A DNA stretch of 64,000 nt from an uncultured delta proteobacterium (GTDB lineage Bacteria; Desulfobacterota; BSN033; UBA1163). Shown here piece after piece: positions 60,685-64,000 of the stretch. Below the pieces are notes generated by a model. That model saw only the letters and a program-made list of their open reading frames with translations, was not told the origin of the DNA and made no database searches. The stretch is taken from positions 192,001-256,000 of the forward strand of contig CAWHBU010000002.1 of the NCBI GenBank assembly GCA_963827685.1, given 5' to 3'. The number at the start of each line of letters is the position of its first letter. Within the stretch, counting starts at the first letter, position 1. Both the position numbers and the translations under genes were made by a program.

Positions 60685-61305
60685 TCAGGTTTTGTGAGGC
60701 AGATCCCTCAGGAGATTTTTCAGATCATCAATGGTATCGATGTCCCTCAAAGGTTGCAGGGTATGAACCGTAAGCCTTTCTTGTTTCAAAACTTTCATGG
60801 TCTCTTTAAAAACCCTCTTCGTGCTCCAGGGGATTCCCTCAAATACCCTAAGGGAGAAGTTCTTATCCTTAAAACCAATGAGGTAATATCCGCCATCAAA
60901 GGAAGGACCGATGACACCATCCTTCTCCTCGAGAGAAGTAAACGCTTCTTCGATGAACTCCAGCGGCAGATCAGGAATGTCACTTCCAATAAGGACTACT
61001 CTTTTGAAGTTCATGGCAAAAGCTTCTATGAAGCCGTTCTTCATTCTTTCACCAAGATTTTCCCCGGTTTGAGGCATATAGAGGTAATCGTCTCCTAACC
61101 AACCTTTGAGATCGGTCAGAGAATTCTCTTGGGAGAAGCATAGATAGAAAAGAAAGGTTCCCCTATTTAACGTGGACAGTATTTCAAGCAGAAAACGCCT
61201 GTAAAGCTTCACTGCCATCTCATCACCGACCGCAGAGGCCAGTCTTGTTTTGACTTGGCCTTTTTCTGGATTCTTTATAAAGAAGAGCAAACACCGATCA
61301 TCCAA
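60685..61305 (-). CDS. DUF2064/TIGR04282-type nucleotidyl/glycosyltransferase-like protein
   Basis: PEKGQVKTRL, QTGENLGERM, IGSDIP, GPSFDGGYYLIG, DIDTIDDL. Confidence 0.85.
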   Translation of the reverse strand: MDDRCLLFFIKNPEKGQVKTRLASAVGDEMAVKLYRRFLLEILSTLNRGTFLFYLCFSQENSLTDLKGWLGDDYLYMPQTGENLGERMKNGFIEAFAMNFKRVVLIGSDIPDLPLEFIEEAFTSLEEKDGVIGPSFDGGYYLIGFKDKNFSLRVFEGIPWSTKRVFKETMKVLKQERLTVHTLQPLRDIDTIDDLKNLLRDLPHKT

Positions 61306-61348
61306 TAGAATGCTCCTTATCGAGTTGCTTCAATATTCAAACCCTTCA

Positions 61349-61443
61349 CCCCGTTAGAAATGATACCCCTCTGCCCTGCAATGGGGTTAGGTCCCTGAAT
61401 AATTCCGGAGGGGTTTGATGCCCCGTTGGAATTTCTAACGGGG
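61349..61443. mobile_element. 95-bp MITE
   Basis: Perfect 12-bp IRs ccccgttagaaa / tttctaacgggg; 4-bp direct repeat TTCA at 61345-61348 and 61444-61447. Confidence 0.8.
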
Positions 61444-61444
61444 T

Positions 61445-62287
61445 TCACTCTGTCCCTGGACTCCTTGTCATCGGGTACTTCCCCAGCTTGCCGATGAAGG
61501 GCAGGACGATCAACCACGGTAATGTTAATTTTTGGGGTTCTTTGTATTGGTCAAGGCCAATGGTCATTTCTAAGTGTCCTTTTGCGGGCTGATTCCGGTA
61601 GGTTCCAAACAGTCTATCCCACCACGGGAAGTTAAAACCGAGGTTGCTGTTTGTTTCCCACCGTATGGTTGAGTGATGGACACGATGCATCTCCGGTGTT
61701 ACCACTAAGAGGCGAAGAAAGGAATCGATTTGTTGAGAATACCGAACATTGCCATGATTGAACATGGAGGTTCCGTTCAGGAGGACTTCGAAGATCAAGA
61801 CGGCTATGGCAGGAGCGCCAATCAGGATGACAACGATTATCTTGATCATCATTGAAAGGAGGATCTCAATTGGATGAAAGCGAACTCCTGTGGTGACATC
61901 AATATCCATGTCTGAATGATGCACCATATGGAGCCGCCAGAACAGGGGAATGGAATGAAACATGACGTGCTGAAGATAAATGGCGAGGTCAAGGATCAAC
62001 ACACCGAGGATGATTTTTAACAGGTAGGACAGCTCAAATTGATTGAATACACCCCACTCCCGTTGCTGAACCAGGAGAGCAGCGCCAACCAAAGCTGGTG
62101 GAAAAACCAGGCGAACCACAATGGAGTCCATTAGGACTAGGCTAAGATTGCTGAACCACCGTCGTGTTTTCGATGTGGTTAAAGGGCGGCGAGGAGCGAT
62201 GAGCTCCCATAGAAACATGATGACGAGAATGCCAAAGAAAAATCCAAGTCTGATCATCGGTTCGTATTTGTTGGTCAGAAAGTCCAT
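61445..62287 (-). CDS. Sterol desaturase/fatty-acid hydroxylase family protein
   Basis: His boxes HVMFH, HMVHHSD, FNHGN, HRVHHS; WDRLFGTY. Confidence 0.9.
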   Translation of the reverse strand: MDFLTNKYEPMIRLGFFFGILVIMFLWELIAPRRPLTTSKTRRWFSNLSLVLMDSIVVRLVFPPALVGAALLVQQREWGVFNQFELSYLLKIILGVLILDLAIYLQHVMFHSIPLFWRLHMVHHSDMDIDVTTGVRFHPIEILLSMMIKIIVVILIGAPAIAVLIFEVLLNGTSMFNHGNVRYSQQIDSFLRLLVVTPEMHRVHHSTIRWETNSNLGFNFPWWDRLFGTYRNQPAKGHLEMTIGLDQYKEPQKLTLPWLIVLPFIGKLGKYPMTRSPGTE

Positions 62288-62290
62288 CTT

Positions 62291-63010
62291 TTAGGCCTCA
62301 CTCCTTCCTCTGCGGTAGCTACTCTTGTAAAAGGTTGCCAGTTTATGAGGTGAGATGCCAAGGACATAAAGAGCTTGCAGGGTCCAATTTCTGAGAATGC
62401 AGTAAATCACTCCCTCTTTTTCCCACCTTCTTGGAGAGGTCCTCACTCGATCATAGAAAATCCGTATCTTATGTCCTGATTTCTTGATACGTTTCATCAA
62501 TTCTACATCTTCCATTAAAGGGATCTCTTGGTAGCCACCTATCTTGTTGAAATATTTCCTTCGGATAAAAATGGCCTGATCTCCATATGGAATTCTATTC
62601 AGACGGGAGCGTAAAGAAGCTAAGAATGCAATGATCTTGTAAATCAACTTATCTGACTTGATGTCCAGATCAAAAGCCCCAGCAACGTATCCCTCTTGTT
62701 CCATGACAGCACTGATCTTTTCAAGGGCCTGGATAGGCAGTTCTGTGTCAGCATGAAGAAAGATTAGAATTTCTCCCTTGGCAATAGAAGCCCCGGTGTT
62801 CATCTGCTTTGCCCGACCCTTTTCAGATGAGACTTTAATGGCATGGTTACTATGAACAGCCCTCAAAGTATCCCTTTCCGGGGCCCCATCCACAATGATT
62901 ATCTCAACATTTTTCTCGGAATCTAAATGATTGAGATAGTTGATCAGGTCATTGATCATTTTTCCTTCTTGAAATACAGGCACAATGATTGAAAATTTAG
63001 CAGAATTCAC
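62291..63010 (-). CDS. GT2 glycosyltransferase (TIGR04283-type)
   Basis: SIIVPV, GRAKQMNTGA, FLHADT, PYGDQAIF, PLMED, TSPRRW. Confidence 0.88.
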   Translation of the reverse strand: MNSAKFSIIVPVFQEGKMINDLINYLNHLDSEKNVEIIIVDGAPERDTLRAVHSNHAIKVSSEKGRAKQMNTGASIAKGEILIFLHADTELPIQALEKISAVMEQEGYVAGAFDLDIKSDKLIYKIIAFLASLRSRLNRIPYGDQAIFIRRKYFNKIGGYQEIPLMEDVELMKRIKKSGHKIRIFYDRVRTSPRRWEKEGVIYCILRNWTLQALYVLGISPHKLATFYKSSYRRGRSEA

Positions 63011-63189
63011 AGTTTGATTTCTCCAAAACGGGGTTCCCGAGCCGTTAAAGCAGGAAGAACTCTATAAAAATAGATTAAGGTGTCACTTTCTTCCCGTCAA
63101 GACTTTTTTGCATTCATTTGTTTACGCAGGAAACCGCGGCCTTGGCCGTGGAGGATTCGTAACTCTGGATAGGAACCTTCCAGCGAAGG

Positions 63190-63300
63190 TGAAGGAGAGG
63201 CGATTGACCCAGGTGATGATAGCAGAGATGATGGGGGTAACGGATCGAGATGCCTGGAGGATCCTTGAGAAGGTTCGAGAAAAAGGAACTAAGTATTGCC
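63190..63300 (+). pseudogene. Possible remnant HTH of an IS transposase (ISNCY-like N-terminus)
   Basis: RLTQVMIAEMMGVTDRDAWRILEKVREKG; no catalytic domain follows. Confidence 0.35.
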
Positions 63301-63694
63301 CCCTATGTCTTGAATTCCTTGAGTATGGTAGAGATATAGCTTCCTAAAGCCCTCTATATATCGCTCGGTTTTACATCAATTATAAGATTCATCTTGCTTT
63401 TTAAAAAATTACTCTTGTCCAAATTAGATTTTCGAAGAAACCTATATTTTGGATACCAAAATGGATCAATAAAAAAGAAACGGTAAACCTGGTTATGAAA
63501 ACATGTAGAACTTGTCCAAATTGGTAATAATTCAAGTCACTTTTGAAAATCTCAGCTAATTTAGACAGCAACGTTAAAAAATGGTGAATTTTTTTGGACA
63601 TTTAAGAAAATTTTTTCCTATTCAGATCCATTTGAAAATATTGAGTTTGTTAGAAATCTAAATAAAATTAATTAATTACAAATATATCGACTGT

Positions 63695-63710
63695 TGGCAT
63701 TAAAATTGCT
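63695..63710 (+). promoter_or_regulatory. Sigma54 (-24/-12) promoter
   Basis: TGGCAT-TAAAA-TTGCT with GG/GC 12 bp apart, preceded by a long AT-rich region. Confidence 0.7.
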
Positions 63711-63750
63711 CAATCACATCATGACTAAGTATAAGAAATTGTAGAAAAAC

Positions 63751-64000
63751 ATGGAAAAGGATTTCTTTTTTGATTTTTTAGACCAGAACCCTCCGTTTAC
63801 ACCGCCTGCAAGTAAGGGTGAAACAGAATCCCCCCTAGCCAAAGAGAATATCATTCCCAATGAGCGAGTAGCCTTCCTCTTGTTTCCCTTTTTTATGGAA
63901 TTGGTCGATCAATTTAAGCATACTCTGAATAACCTCAGAAATTTTGCGCGAATTTTTCAAGAGAAATACGGCGATAAGGAGTTCGGTACCTATCTCAAAC
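63751..64000 (+). CDS. Partial ORF running off the right edge; HisKA-like helix lacking the usual His
   Basis: MEKDFFFDFLDQ...ELVDQFKHTLNNLRNFARIFQEKYGDKEFG. Confidence 0.5.
   Translation, partial: MEKDFFFDFLDQNPPFTPPASKGETESPLAKENIIPNERVAFLLFPFFMELVDQFKHTLNNLRNFARIFQEKYGDKEFGTYLK

Overview
Bacterial chromosomal window; gene content suggests an anaerobic Desulfobacterota/deltaproteobacterium-like organism (inference). Housekeeping blocks (mnmG, miaA-hfq, scpB-rluB, secDF, rplM-rpsI, argC, mutS, pcm-nlpD) flank a ~37 kb accessory region. That region holds: (i) FAD/Fe-S/CCG oxidoreductases; (ii) a two-gene SatD + DUF3307 cassette in which the cyclase-like/HTH gene is bracketed by four CACC-N8-GGTG palindromes, arranged as two pairs with identical 29-bp spacing; (iii) an ArrA/ArxA-like Tat molybdoenzyme operon with Asp at the apparent Mo-ligand Cys position; (iv) a leader-regulated locus of a secreted Cys-less transglutaminase-like protein, a small membrane protein and a ~2970-aa CARDB/FG-GAP surface protein, broken by a +1 frameshift and a cleanly excisable IS1182-family element; (v) a group 4 [NiFe]-hydrogenase operon headed by an FdhF-like subunit lacking Cys/Sec plus AsrAB/HydBG-like NAD(P)-linked subunits. 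Intergenic DNA carries several families of miniature repeats: REP-like palindromes, GTAG-REP doublets, two MITEs with target duplications, and ~33-bp palindromic inserts with filled/empty-site evidence. No tRNA, rRNA or CRISPR array was seen. All family calls are from motif recognition, not database searches.
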